64,000 bases of DNA from Macrostomum lignano (lineage: Eukaryota). The stretch spans positions 1 through 64,000 of the forward strand of contig NIVC01002805.1 of the NCBI GenBank assembly GCA_002269645.1, in the 5' to 3' direction. Positions 21,697-34,379 of this stretch are shown here, piece by piece (the first letter of the stretch is position 1; every line of letters begins with the position of its first letter). The translations under genes and the position numbers were made by a program. A model generated the notes under the pieces. That model was not told the DNA's origin. It worked only from the letters and a program-made list of their open reading frames with translations, and searched no databases.

Positions 21697-23605
21697 ATTA
21701 GCATCTCAGAAATACCCCTGTTATCATCTCAGAAATACCCCTATTAGCATCTCAGAAATACCCCTGTTATCATCTCAGAAATACCTCTATTAGCATCTCA
21801 GAAATACCCCTGTTATCATCTCAGAAATACCCCTATTAGCATCTCAGAAATACCCCTGTTATCATCTCAGAAATACCCCTATTAGCATCTCAGAAATACC
21901 CCTGTTATCATCTCAGAAATACCCCTATTAGCATCTCAGAAATACCCCTGTTATCATCTCAGAAATACCCCTATTAGCATCTCAGAAATACCCCTGTTAT
22001 CATCTCAGCAATACCCCTATTAGGATCTCAGCAGTACATTTATTAAAATCTCAGAAATACCCCTATTAGCATCTCAGAAATACCCCTATTAGCATCTCAG
22101 AAATACCCCTGTTATCATCTCAGCAATACCCCTATTAGGATCTCAGCAGTACATTTATTAAAATCTCAGAAATACCCCTATTAGCATCTCAGAAATACCC
22201 CTGTTATCATCTCAGAAGTACCCCTATTAGCATCTCAGAAATACCCCTATTAGCATCTCAGAAATACCCTATTAGCATCTCAGAAATACCCCTATTAGCA
22301 TCTCAGAAATACCCCTATTAGCATCTCAGAAATACCCCTGTTATCATCTCAGAAATACCCCTATTAGCATCTCAGAAATACCCCTGTTATCATCTCAGAA
22401 GTACCCCTATTAGCATCTCAGAAATACCCTATTAGCATCTCAGAAATACCCCTGTTATCATCTCAGAAATACCCCTATTAGCATCTCAGAAATACCCCTA
22501 TTAGCATCTCAGAAATACCCTATTAGCATCTCAGAAATACCCCTATTAGCATCTCAGAAATACCCCTATTAGCATCTCAGAAATACCCCTGTTATCATCT
22601 CAGAAATACCCCTATTAGCATCTCAGAAATACCCTATTAGCATCTCAGAAATACCCCTGTTATCATCTCAGAAGTACCCCTATTAGCATCTCAGAAATAC
22701 CCTATTAGCATCTCAGAAATACCCTATTAGCATCTCAGAAATACCCCTGTTATCATCTCAGAAGTACCCCTATTAGCATCTCAGAAATACCCTATTAGCA
22801 TCTCAGAAATACCCTATTAGCATCTCAGAAATACCCCTGTTATCATCTCAGAAGTACCCCTATTAGCATCTCAGAAATACCCTATTAGCATCTCAGAAGT
22901 ACCCCTATTAGCATCTCAGAAATACCCTATTAGCATCTCAGAAATACCCCTATTAGCATCTCAGAAATACCCCTGTTATCATCTCAGCAATACCCCTATT
23001 AGGATCTCAGCAGTACATTTATTAAAATCTCAGAAATACCCCTATTATCATCTCAGAAGTACCCCTATTAGCATCTCAGAAATACCCTATTAGCATCTCA
23101 GAAATACCCCTGTTATCATCTCAGCAATACCCCTATTAGGATCTCAGCAGTACATTTATTAAAATCTCAGAAATACCCCTACTATCATCTCAGAAGTACC
23201 CCTATTACCATCTCAGAAATACCCTATTAGCATCTCAGAAATACCCCTGTTATCATCTCAGAAATACCCCTATTAGCATCTCAGAAATACCCCTATTAGG
23301 ATCTCAGCAGTACATTTATTAGCATCTCAGAAATACCCCTATTAGCATCTCAGAAGTACCCCTATTAGCATCTCAGAAATACCCCTATTAGCATCTCAGC
23401 AGTACATTTATTAGCATCTCAGAAATACCCCTATTAGCATCTCAGAAATACCCCTATTAGCATCTCAGCAGTACATTTATTAGCATCTCAGAAATACCCC
23501 TATTAGCATCTCAGAAGTACCCCTATTAGCATCTCAGAAGTACCCCTATTAGCATCTCAGAAATACCCCTATTAGCATCTCAGAAGTACCCCTATTAGCA
23601 TCTTT
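21697..23605. repeat. ~21-22 bp minisatellite (CATCTCAGAAATACCCCTATTAG) between SMYD4 and SmD1
   Basis: Tandem array ending about 50 nt before the SmD1 ATG. Confidence 0.97.
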
Positions 23606-23658
23606 GAAATAACCATATTAGCATCCCATTCACTACTTCAGCTCCCAGCAGCCTCCCA

Positions 23659-24045
23659 ATGAAGCTGGTCCGATTCCTGATGAAGCTCTCGCACGAGAGC
23701 GTCACCATCGAGCTGAAGAATGGCACGGTTGTCCACGGCACCATCATCGCGCGTCGACGTCGCTATGAACACCCACCTGCGTCAGGTGAAAATGACTCTT
23801 AAAAACAAAGACCCAATCACGCTGGACTTTCTCAGTATCCGCGGCAACAACATCCGGTACATAATCCTACCGGACAACCTGCCGCTGGACACTCTGCTAG
23901 TCGACGACACCCCGAAGATCAAGAAGAAGAAGGAAGGCTCCGGACCCGCCGGACCGTTGGCGGCCGAGGCCGGGGTCGTGGACGCGGTCGCGGGCGCGGA
24001 GGTCCGCCGCGCGGTCGCGGGCGAGGCGGCCGAGGCGGTCGTTAA
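23659..24045 (+). CDS. SNRPD1: Small nuclear ribonucleoprotein Sm D1, intronless CDS with two single-base frameshifts
   Basis: Reads [29 protein letters not shown] / [51 protein letters not shown] / [28 protein letters not shown] +1 base near 23749 and a -1 base near 23954 are required. Confidence 0.93.
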
Positions 24046-24177
24046 GATGGCACAACAGTTTAAATTTCTATTTTACCTACTTTGTTGTTGCTGCCGATGG
24101 TAGGAAGATAAGGGGCTGCTGAACTTTTCGGTCTTGTTTGCGGTTTTTCGTCTTAAAATATTAATGGCGTCCCATAC

Positions 24178-24910
24178 ATCGGCATCCAATCCACCGGAAT
24201 CCCACACCAGCATCCCATCCGCCAGAATCCCCCACCAGCATCCCATCCGCCAGAATCCCACACCCGCGTCCCATCCGCCAGAATCCCACACCAGCATCCC
24301 ATCCGCCAGAATCCCACACCAGCATCCCATCCGCCAGAATCCCACACTTGCGTCCCATCCGCCAGAATCCCCCACCAGCATCCCATCCTCCAGAATCCCC
24401 CAACAGCATCCCATCCGCCAGAATCCCACACCAGCATCCTATCCGCCAGAATCCCACACCCGCGTCCCATCCGCCAGAATCCCCCACCAGCATCCCATCC
24501 GCCAGAATCCCACACCCGCGTCCCATCCGCCAGAATCCCACACCAGCGTCCCATCCGCCAGAATCCCACACCCGCGTCCCATCCGCCAGAATCCCACACC
24601 AGCGTCCCATCCGCCAGAATCCCACACCAGCGTCCCATCCGCCAGAATCCCACACCCGCGTCCCATCCGCCAGAATCCCACACCAGCGTCCCATCCGCCA
24701 GAATCCCACACCCGCGTCCCATCCGCCAGAATCCCACACCAGCGTCCCATCCGCCAGAATCCCACACCAGCGTCCCATCCGCCAGAATCCCACACCCGCG
24801 TCCCATCCGCCAGAATCCCACACCAGCGTCCCATCCGCCAGAATCCCACACCAGCGTCCCATCCGCCAGAATCCCACACCCGCGTCCCATCCGCCAGAAT
24901 CCCACACCAG
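24178..24910. repeat. ~26-28 bp minisatellite (CATCCGCCAGAATCCCACACCAGCGTCC)
   Basis: Tandem array; the six-frame ORFs over it are artefacts. Confidence 0.97.
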
Positions 24911-25417
24911 CACCTGTATCTCAACCGAACTAAGACCTATTAAATATTGTCTACTGCAGACTCCAGGCAGTTGCTCTTAACCGCCCATGCATTCAACATT
25001 GCCTGTTTTTTCGGACTCTGCAAAGCATTTAGCTCGTAGCGTGGAATTTCTGGGTAGGGTAATGATTAAGTACTATTAAAATCAGTTAGGTAGCACTTTA
25101 AAAACTGTTCTATAATAACATATGCCTATGTTGATAATTATTACCTATTATAAGCTAAATTTCAAACCGGTTATCTCTGTATACCGTATTTATTCAGCTA
25201 TTTATATCGTGTGTGTGCGTAAGAAGCCACTGGAAATTAATCATCTTTTGTACTTCTCTGCTTTAATAAGTCGTTTGTTTGTTATTCTAGTATCAGCTAA
25301 CTTCTAATAAAAGTACAAATGCAATGCTATAGTTTGGCGTCAAATATCTATATACTGTTTTGTGCGTCCTTGAGAACTGGCTTGGTGCAGTAAATTTTTT
25401 TTCGTTACATCGTTGGG

Positions 25418-25459
25418 CACTGCTAGTCTACGACACCGCGAAGATCAAGAAGGAAGGCT
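25418..25459 (+). pseudogene. Short diverged duplicate of the SmD1 C-terminal coding segment
   Basis: CACTGCTAGTCTACGACACCGCGAAGATCAAGAAGGAAGGCT versus SmD1 CTCTGCTAGTCGACGACACCCCGAAGATCAAGAAGAAGAAGGAAGGCT (~23891..23938). Confidence 0.7.
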
Positions 25460-25469
25460 GCGTGTCCAC

Positions 25470-25920
25470 TCACCCCACTTTCCTACCCCCTCTAACCCCA
25501 CCCCTCTTTCCTACCCCTGCCAACAGCCACCCCACTTTCCTACCCCTGCCAACCCCACCCCACTTTCCTACCCCTGCCAACCCCACCCCACTTTCCTACC
25601 CCCACCCCTTTTTCCTACCCCTGCCAACAGCCACCCCCACTTTCCTACCCCATCTAAACCCACCCCACTTTCGTACCCCCTCTAAACCCATCCCCACTTT
25701 CCTACCCCTTCCAACACCACCCCCACTTTCCTACCCCTGCCAACCCTTTCCCCCACTTTCCTATCCCTGCTAAATTCACCCCCACTTTCCTACCCCCTCC
25801 AACCCCATCCCCACTTTTTTACCCCTCAACCCCACCACCCACTTTCATACCCACTCCAACCCCACTCCCCACTTTCCTACCCCTGCTAAATTCACCCCCA
25901 CTTTCCTATCCCCTCTAACC
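25470..25920. repeat. C-rich degenerate minisatellite (CCCACTTTCCTACCCC...)
   Basis: Recurring CCCACTTTCCTACCCC core. Confidence 0.9.
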
Positions 25921-26072
25921 CCAGCATACTATCTCACACAATATTATGTAGCCAAGAAAATAACATCATGTATCTTAATGAAACACTCGTATTATTAAGT
26001 GAAATTTCCACCATTTCAGCTGGCGAGCAAGATTATTCTTTACTTTTTGTAATAACTTTTAAGCAAAAAAGC

Positions 26073-29000
26073 ATGGAAAGTGAAACTGTTAGTTCACAGC
26101 GGAAGCAACAGAACTTCCTAGCCGAGAAGGAAAACTCCGCCCCGTCGGCTTCAGTAGCAGACGCAGTCAAAGACAAAGTACATCGCGCTGTACCCGTAGT
26201 GACAGTGTCGGATGCCGATGACCAACCCGAAGCCGGGAGCAGCAGTTTGTACAGTCTAATTAGGAAAAGAAAGCAGGAACAGCCGGAAGCAAAGACTCCA
26301 AATAAGTTTGCTTCTTCATCGAAACCAGATCGAGTTATTAAAGTGAATGAGAATAAGGAGCAGAAACAGGAAGAGAAGACAGCCGAAGATGCCGACGCGC
26401 CTCCGGCTGGCGGTTTGGTTGCCGCTATGCGCCAAAAATTGCTAGCAGCCCAGGCTCAATCTTGCTCAATATCGGCGGTCGCTAAGGTGCACAGATCTGA
26501 GCAGAAGAAGGATGATGCTGGCTTAGCAGAGCAGATTCCGATCGTTGAAGAGAATTTCATCGATTTTGATTCTATTGAACCAACAGAAGAGTCTGAAGCC
26601 GCTGAGAAGGTTAAGAATGATGAAGAGCCTGATATCATCAAACCAACAGAAGAGTCTGAAGCCGCTGAGAAGGTTAAGAATGATGAAGAGCCTGATCTTA
26701 CTGAACCGATAGAAGAGTCTAACGCTGAGAAGGTTAAAAATGATGAAGAGCCTGGTGTTACTGAACCGATAGAAGAAGAATCTGAAGCTGCTGATAAGGT
26801 TGAGAATGACGAAGAGCCTGATGTTACTGAACCGATAGAAGAAGAGTCTGAAGCCGCTGAGAAGGTTGACAATGAACCAATGGATGCTATTGCTGCTGCT
26901 ACTGAAGCTGGCGAGACAGCCGCTTCAACGACTAAGAGCCAAGAGGCAGACCTCGAAGTTGTCGGCGACGTTGTTGTCGAAGATCGCCAACGAAGCGACT
27001 CGTGTGGCTCCTTCGACCGGATGCTGATGACAGAAATGCCCAACGTTTTCTACGCCGGTGGTGCTAATTGTCAGGTGGAAAAATCGCCAGCCGTTTTGCC
27101 GCCTCTTCGTCCCATGGAAGCTGGATCTGTGGAGACTCGAACGCCTGAGAATAGGTGAATTATGATGAGGCATCGTGCCTGTAGTTTAGATACTCTTAAT
27201 TCGATGGACACAGCATATTTTCAGTCGGAATCCGCCAATGATTTAAAAAAGTGTCAGCAGTGGCCCATTGAGTGTCAGAATCTGCTGATGAGTCAGAGGG
27301 AAGAGTCAGATTCTACTGAGTAGAGTCAGAATCTGCGGATAGTCAAGAGGGGAGAGTAAGATTCTGCTGATGAGAGTCAGGGGAGAATCAGAATCTGCTG
27401 ATGAGAGTCAGAGGGGAGAGTCAGAATCTGCTGATGAGAGTCAGAGGGGAGAATCAGAATCTGCTGAGGAGAGTCAGAGGGGAGAATCAGAATCTGCTGA
27501 TGAGAGTCAGAGGGGAGAGTCAGAATCTGCTGATGAGAGTCAGAGGGGAGAATCAGAATCTGCTGAGGAGAGTCAGAGGGGAGAATCAGAATCTGCTGAT
27601 GAGAGTCAGAGGGAAGAATCAGAATCTGCTGATGAGAGTCAGAGGGGAGAGTCAGAATCTGCGGATGATAGTCAGAGGGGAGAGTCAGAATCTGCTGAGG
27701 AGAGTCAGAGGGGAGAATCAGAATCTGCTGAGGAGAGTCAGAGGGGAGAATCAGAATCTGCTGATGAGAGTCAGAGGGAAGAATCAGAATCTGCTGATGA
27801 GAGTCAGAGGGGAGAGTCAGAATCTGCTGATGAGAGTCAGAGGGGAGAATCAGAATCTGCTGAGGAGAGTCAGAGGGGAGAATCAGAATCTGCTGATGAG
27901 AGTCAGAGGGGAGAGTCAGAATCTGCTGATGAGAGTCAGAGGGGAGAATCAGAATCTGCTGAGGAGAGTCAGAGGGGAGAATCAGAATCTGCTGATGAGA
28001 GTCAGAGGGAAGAATCAGAATCTGCTGATGAGAGTCAGAGGGGAGAGTCAGAATCTGCGGATGATAGTCAGAGGGGAGAGTCAGAATCTGCTGATGAGAG
28101 TCAGAGGCGAGAGTCAGATCTGTCGATGAGTCAGAAAAGAGACTCCAGTGGCTCATTGGGTGTCAGAATCCGCTTTCCAAGACAGATAAATCAGCACATG
28201 CACAATGTGAGCTCCAAATCAACTCATTACAGGGCGATCCGAGCCTTGAAGCGGGAAGACATCTCCAGCTTCCAGCAGCAGCAGCAGCAGCAGCAGCCTA
28301 CTCCGCAGCACGACTTCCGTTCGCCCTGCAAGCAGACGGTGTCTCCCAGTCGCACGCCGCCAATCACCATCGAGCAGTATCGTCAGAGTCAGCAGGCCCT
28401 GCTCACCCAGTGGGAGTCCGCTCCAACTGGTGCCCCGACATCTCCGACTTCTCAGCTCGCCGATGAGGGTGTCGCTTTGACTGGCGACTTGAAAGAGCGA
28501 CTGGATCGACTGGAGCAGCTGGTCATGCTGGAGGAGTCGGTTAGTGGCTTTGAGCAAGGCCCTCATTGTCTGGCTGAGCTGGCCACTCAGCCACTCAGCA
28601 TCTGATTTCTATTTTATTTTTATTAGTGGCAGGCGGCCGTGTCCACCCCGGTGCACTTTAAGTAAGCGACATTGTCGCACAACCGGCAATATGCATTGCT
28701 ACCCATTCCGCCGACGCCCCTAAGCAGGCAGCAGGCACACACTCGCACAGGAGTGCACAGCGGCCCTGACTTTATTTATCGTTAGGCATGTACACTTCAC
28801 TGCGCCTTGGGATTTGGCCATCAAGGCCGTTAATTGCACGAGCAGAGCCAAGCCGAGATTCCAATTTAGCCGCAAATTAATGTGACTGCACTTGGAATCG
28901 AGCCTGGGCCGCTGGCCAGACCACTAGGCTACAACCTACCCCACTCAGCATCTCAGGCACTCAGTCACCCAATCTCCCATCTCCTGCTCCCCGACATCAG

Positions 29001-30866
29001 GTGCTCCGCCAGGCCAGCAAGGCCCGGCCGCTGTGCACCACCGCCTCCCAGTCCGTGGAGACCTGCCGCATCCTGCTGCTGGCCGGGGAGCGCAGGCGGC
29101 ATTACCTGGCCGAGGCCGCCCGCCTCAAGGAGCAGCTGCGGCAGCTGGAATCCGCCGAGGACGCCGTTTCAATCGCATCTTCGGCTTCGTCGTCAACCGC
29201 GGCCGCCGCCTCCGCCCACGCAATTGGCGCCAGTTTTGAGCTGCTGGCCACTCTGACTGTGAGCGGATTGCGCCTGAGCCTGACCCAGCTGCCGCTGATG
29301 CCTCATCATTGGCGTCACCATTTCGCCTGTCTGCTGCTCTGCCCAGAAGGCCGCGTCATCGCCACGGAGCTGGTGTCGGCCACGCTGCCCGATGCAGTGT
29401 CCTCCTCAAAGCCCGTGATGCTGGAGATTCCCAACTGCGTCAGCGTCAACCAGCTGAAGTACAATTTTCAGGTGAGCTGATTGATAGGCAAAACTTGATA
29501 TTAGCAATCATTCTTGGCGTCAAAAATCGAGTATCATTCAGTCTTGGCGCCAAAACAAGCATCATTCATTCTTGGCGCCAAAAATCGAGTATCATTCAGT
29601 CTTGGTGCCAAAACAAGCATCATTCATTCTTGGCGCCAAAAATCAAACATCATTAATTATTGGCGCCAAAATCAAGCATCATTCATTCTTGGCGCCAAAA
29701 CAAGCATCATTCATTCTTGGCGCCAAAAATCAAGCATCATTCATTCTTGGCTCCAAAATCAAGCATCATTCATTCTTGGCGCCAAAAATCGAGTATCATT
29801 CAGTCTTGGTGCCAAAACAAGCATCATTCATTCTTGGCGCCAAAAATCAAACATCATTAATTATTGGCGCCAAAATCAAGCATCATTCATTCTTGGCGCC
29901 AAAAATCAAGCATCATTAATTATTGGCGCCAAAATCAAGCCTAATTCATTTTTGGCGAAAAAATCAAGCATAATTTATACTTGGCGCCAAAATCAAACGC
30001 AGATCATGCTGAGCATCTACTGGATGCCCGCTCTTGACGACCCTGCCAGCAGCAGTGGCTCCGGCAGCCTGCTGTCAGCCGCCTCCCCTGCCGCTGGCTC
30101 CGCCGTGTCGCACGTGAAGCGTCGTAGACTATTGAATTTCTCGTTCAACAGCGGCGCCGTGTCCCGCTCGCCGAGCATCAAGTCAGCCCTCACTGGTGGA
30201 AAAAACTCCGCGTCAGCTGGCGCATCTGCTACCGCCGCCTCGATGCTGGCCAGTCTTGAACAAGCTGAAGCTGCCGGATTCCAGCTAGTCGGCGAAACTT
30301 GTCTTCAACTGCGCGACATCGTCGGTGCCACTGCCGAGGCCGACGCCGCCGCCGCGTCGCTGCTGACACTGCGACGTCCTTCAACAACGTCGTCGTCGGC
30401 TTCTACAGCGGCATGTCCGCTGGCCACCCAGCTAGCCGCTCGCTGTCAGATCCGCGTGACGCCGTCGCCGCGCGCCAGCCTGTCCGGCTACGTGTCCTGG
30501 CACCGCGTGGTCGGCGATCTGGCCGCTTGGGCCCGCCTGTGGACGGTGCTGACCCCGGAGCGGCTGCGGGCCTGGTCCCAACCTGAGGACAGCGAACAGG
30601 GCCTGCCCTGCCTGCAGTCGGTAGATCTGACCCGCTGCCCTTCTAACCAGATTGTCGGCATCGCGCCCGAGGAGGTCTGCGTTCGTCGGCACACGCTCAG
30701 CTTGCGTCTGGCAGGTAGCGCCTCTCAGACTGACAATTTGCTGCTGTTGAACTGCGAATCTCGCGATCAACGGCTGGTTTGGTGCGCCGCTTTGAATGCC
30801 GCCATGCAGCAGCTGCGCAACTGGGGCCTGGGACTGGGATCCGAGCCGGCTGTCGAGCGCGACTGA
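26073..30866 (+). CDS. ANLN: Anillin-like protein (acidic N-terminus, anillin homology domain, C-terminal PH domain; 4 exons)
   Basis: Exons 26073..27154, 28182..28539, 29001..29471 and 30003..30866, phases 2/0/0. RLEQLVMLEES|VLRQASKA..RILLLAGERR matches the anillin RBD. LTVSGLRL..VIATELVS..NFQ|IMLSIY is C2-like. LSGYVSW..AWARLWTVL..W..P..IAPEEVCVRRHTL..RDQRLVW..LRNW is the anillin PH domain. The first junction and the start are less certain. Confidence 0.85.
27278..28135. repeat. 33-bp minisatellite (TCAGAATCTGCTGATGAGAGTCAGAGGGGAGAG) in anillin intron 1
   Basis: Tandem array; unit length is a multiple of 3. Confidence 0.96.
28876..28938 (-). mobile_element. Degenerate SINE head fragment
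   Basis: GACCACTAGGCTACAACC matches the 5' end of the SINE copies at 37.6k and 45.7k. Confidence 0.4.
29510..29992. repeat. ~30 bp GGCGCC-core minisatellite in anillin intron 3
   Basis: TTCTTGGCGCCAAAAATCAAGCATCATTCA-like units. Confidence 0.93.
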
Positions 30867-30961
30867 CTCCGCTTAATTGACTAATTAAAATTGCTTGTTT
30901 TTGCACTGTTAGTATGACTAGTGTACATTAAGGCAGATAAGCTGTTCTCCAGTTTAGTTGT

Positions 30962-31317
30962 CTGAATGTACATCGGGGGCAGAGATTTTAAATATTATCA
31001 GTTGGGCTGCCTGAATGTACATTAGGGGCAGAGATTTTAAATATTATCAGTTAGGCTGGCTGAATGTACATTAGGGGCAGAGATTTTAAATTTTATCAGT
31101 TAGGCTGGCTGAATGTACATTTGGGGCAGAGATTTTAAATATTATCAGTTGGGCTGGCTGAATGTACATTGGGGGAAGAGATTTTAAATATTATCAGTTA
31201 GGCTGGCTGAATGTACATTTGGGGCAGAGATTTTAAATATTATCAGTTGGGCTGGCTGAATGTACATTGGGGGAAGAGATTTTAAATATTATCAGTTGGG
31301 CTGGCTGAATGTACATT
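30962..31317. repeat. ~50 bp tandem repeat downstream of the anillin stop
   Basis: TGAATGTACATTGGGGCAGAGATTTTAAATATTATCAGTTGGGCTGGC-like units, about 7 copies. Confidence 0.93.
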
Positions 31318-31894
31318 TTCGACGCACAAAATTTCACTCGAAAAATTTTAACAAATTTATTATTTAACTGCACGGACGTTTCACAAGTGCTACGTGAGTT
31401 TCTTATGTTTATATGATTTCACAATGTCCAAACCATTATAAAATCTGTATTTTTCCTGCACATGTGTCTATCAGTAGTAACTGCAGTATATTTGATTGGG
31501 CATACATTTTAACCATTTTCCGTCAATATTTATATTTATATCCTTTGCAAAGTCAGTTAATGTGCTTTTAATTAGTTAAATATTAACGATACAGTCTGTA
31601 GGTGTGCAGCATTTTCGCATAGGTCAGCTTTTATTTTTTGAGTGTTTTACAACTCCGTTTGTATGCTAAATGCGTTCAAATAGAGCATTTTATTTCTGTA
31701 AAATTTATTGTTTGTTACAACAGCTTCAATGCGCATCTCATTATAGTCAGTTAAGTATTGCTATTTTTATACCAGCTGTTAATGAAAAATTTTCCAAAAC
31801 AACATATTGACTTGGTGCTCAATTATTACTCCTCATAATTTGCTTGTTTCAGCTTCTGCCGATTTTATTTCACTGGCTTCGTTGGTTTTGCATC

Positions 31895-33505
31895 AAATTC
31901 CTGGGTCAGTGAGTCACAGAGTCCCTCAGATTCCTGGGTCAGTGAGTCACAGATACCCTCAGATTCCTGGGTCAGGGAGTCAGAGTCCATCAGATTCCTG
32001 GGTCAGTGAGTCACAGAGTCCCTCAGTTTCCTGGGTCAGTGAGTCACAGAGTCCCTCAGTTTCCTGGGTCAGTGAGTCACAGAGTCCCTCAGTTTCCTGG
32101 GTCAGGGAGTCAGAGTCCATCAGATTCCTGGGTCAGTGAATCAGAGTCCATCAGATTCCTGGGTCAGTGAATCAGAGTCCATCAGATTCCTGGGTCAGTG
32201 AGTCAGAGTCCATCAGATTCCTGGGTCAGGGAGTCAGAGTCCATCAGATTCCTGGGTCAGGGAGTCAGAGTCCATCAGATTCCTGGGTCAGGGAGTCAGA
32301 GTCCAGATTCCTGGGTCAGGGAGTCGAAGTCCCTCAGATTCCTGGGTCAGAGAGTCAGAGTCCATCAGATTCCTGGGTCAGTGAGTCAGAGTCCCTCAGA
32401 TTCCTGGGTCAGGGAGTCAGAGTCCATCAGATTCCTGGGTCATTGAGTCACAGAGTCCATCAGATTCCTGGGTCAGGGAGTCAGAGTCCATCAGATTCCT
32501 GGGTCAGGGAGTCAGAGTCCATCAGATTCCTGGGTCAGGGAGTCAGAGTCCAGATTCCTGGGTCAGGGAGTCGAAGTCCCTCAGATTCCTGGGTCAGAGA
32601 GTCAGAGTCCATCAGATTCCTGGGTCAGGGAGTCAGAGTCCATCAGATTCCTGGGTCATTGAGTCACAGAGTCCATCAGATTCCTGGGTCAGGGAGTCAG
32701 AGTCCATCAGATTCCTGGGTCAGGGAGTCAGAGTCCATCAGATTCCTGGGTCAGGGAGTCAGAGTCCAGATTCCTGGGTCAGGGAGTCGAAGTCCCTCAG
32801 ATTCCTGGGTCAGAGAGTCAGAGTCCATCAGATTCCTGGGTCAGTGAGTCAGAGTCCCTCAGATTCCTGGGTCAGGGAGTCAGAGTCCATCAGATTCCTG
32901 GGTCATTGAGTCACAGAGTCCATCAGATTCCTGGGTCAGTGAGTCACAGAGTCCATCAGATTCCTGGGTCAGAGAGTCCGAGTCCATCAGATTCCTGGGT
33001 CAGTGAGTCAGAGTCCCTCAGATTCCTGGGTCAGGGAGTCAGAGTCCCTCAGATTCCTGGGTCAGGGAGTCAGAGTCCATCAGATTCCTGGGTCATTGAG
33101 TCACAGAGTCCATCAGATTCCTGGGTCAGAGAGTCCGAGTCCATCAGATTCCTGGGTCAGTGAGTCAGAGTCCCTCAGATTCCTGGGTCAGGGAGTCAGA
33201 GTCCATCAGATTCCTGGGTCATTGAGTCACAGAGTCCATCAGATTCCTGGGTCAGTGAGTCACAGAGTCCATCAGATTCCTGGGTCAGAGAGTCAGAGTC
33301 CATCAGATTCCTGGGTCAGTGAGTCAGAGTCCATCAGATTCCTGGGTCAGTGAGTCAGAGTCCCTCAGATTCCTGGGTCAGGGATCAGGGAGTCAGAGTC
33401 CATCAGATTCCTGGGTCATTGAGTCACATAGTCCATCAGATTAATAGGTCAGTGAGTCACAGTCCCTTAGTATCCTGGGCCAGTGGGTCACAGAGTCCAG
33501 ATTCT
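31895..33505. repeat. Minisatellite (CAGATTCCTGGGTCAG[G/T]GAGTCAGAGTCCAT) directly upstream of COX6A
   Basis: Tandem array of ~31-33 bp units. Confidence 0.97.
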
Positions 33506-33541
33506 CAGAACGCCAACCCCAATGCCTTCCAGCCCGCACTC

Positions 33542-33907
33542 ATGATGCAGTCGCTTAAGCTGCTCACCGCCGCTCGCCTCGTGCGCTCGGCCGCCGCCCA
33601 GCAGGCCCGGCTGAGCCATCACTACATCCGCACCGAGGCTGAAGTGAAGAACTACGAGAACACCGCCAAGATGTGGAGCGCCCTGACCTTCGTGGCCGCC
33701 CTGCCCTGCCTGATTTTCGGCCTCTACAACATGGAGACTCGGGAGCACGAGTTCCACGAGTCGCACCCGGACGGGCCGGCCCTCCCGAACTGGGAGTGGA
33801 ATAAAATCACCAAGCCCTTCCCTTGGGGAGACGGCAAGCAGCCGCTGTTCGAGTACCTGTTCCAGAAGCACCCTCAGGTGTACCCGCCGCCTGAGAGTGA
33901 CGAGTGA
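33542..33907 (+). CDS. COX6A: Cytochrome c oxidase subunit 6A (mitochondrial precursor), intronless CDS
   Basis: Basic/Ala-rich presequence, WSALTFVAALP TM start, and the KPFPWGDG..LF signature; AATAAA at 33967..33972. Confidence 0.9.
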   Translation: MMQSLKLLTAARLVRSAAAQQARLSHHYIRTEAEVKNYENTAKMWSALTFVAALPCLIFGLYNMETREHEFHESHPDGPALPNWEWNKITKPFPWGDGKQPLFEYLFQKHPQVYPPPESDE

Positions 33908-34379
33908 TAAAACAAAGCCCTAATTACAAAACAGGGGAACTGGCTAGCGGTCTGACTCGAGAATAGAATAAAATAACAACAACAAAACATTAGAACATCT
34001 ACAATTTATAATTATCATTGCAGACTTGTTTTAATTAAATCAGCTCACTTTTGAAAAATTCTATAAATCCCATTCTGCCCCTACTCGTAATTCTTGTAGT
34101 TAGTAGTATAGTTTGTTTTCCGCCTGTATATTGGCGAACCCGGCAACCTTTCTAATATGAAGTCAAAATAATAGCTACTCTCTTGTGAACTTCAATTCAT
34201 TTTCAATTAATATGATGGCGCTGCAAAATATACTGTGTTCCCCATTCTCTGAGAAATGTCTTAATGTTAGCTGTGCGGACAGCAAATCTAGTAGTAAATC
34301 TACTTGTGGAGGCTTTCGAAGCTTTTGCTGTTCGTTCTTTATTTGTACAGCTCATACTATATCTTTGGATTGTTGCCAT

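Noticed and set aside
27278-28135. CTGATGA in each unit suggested a satellite-embedded hammerhead ribozyme
   Set aside because: No GAAA core or stem II/III arrangement follows, so the catalytic core is incomplete.
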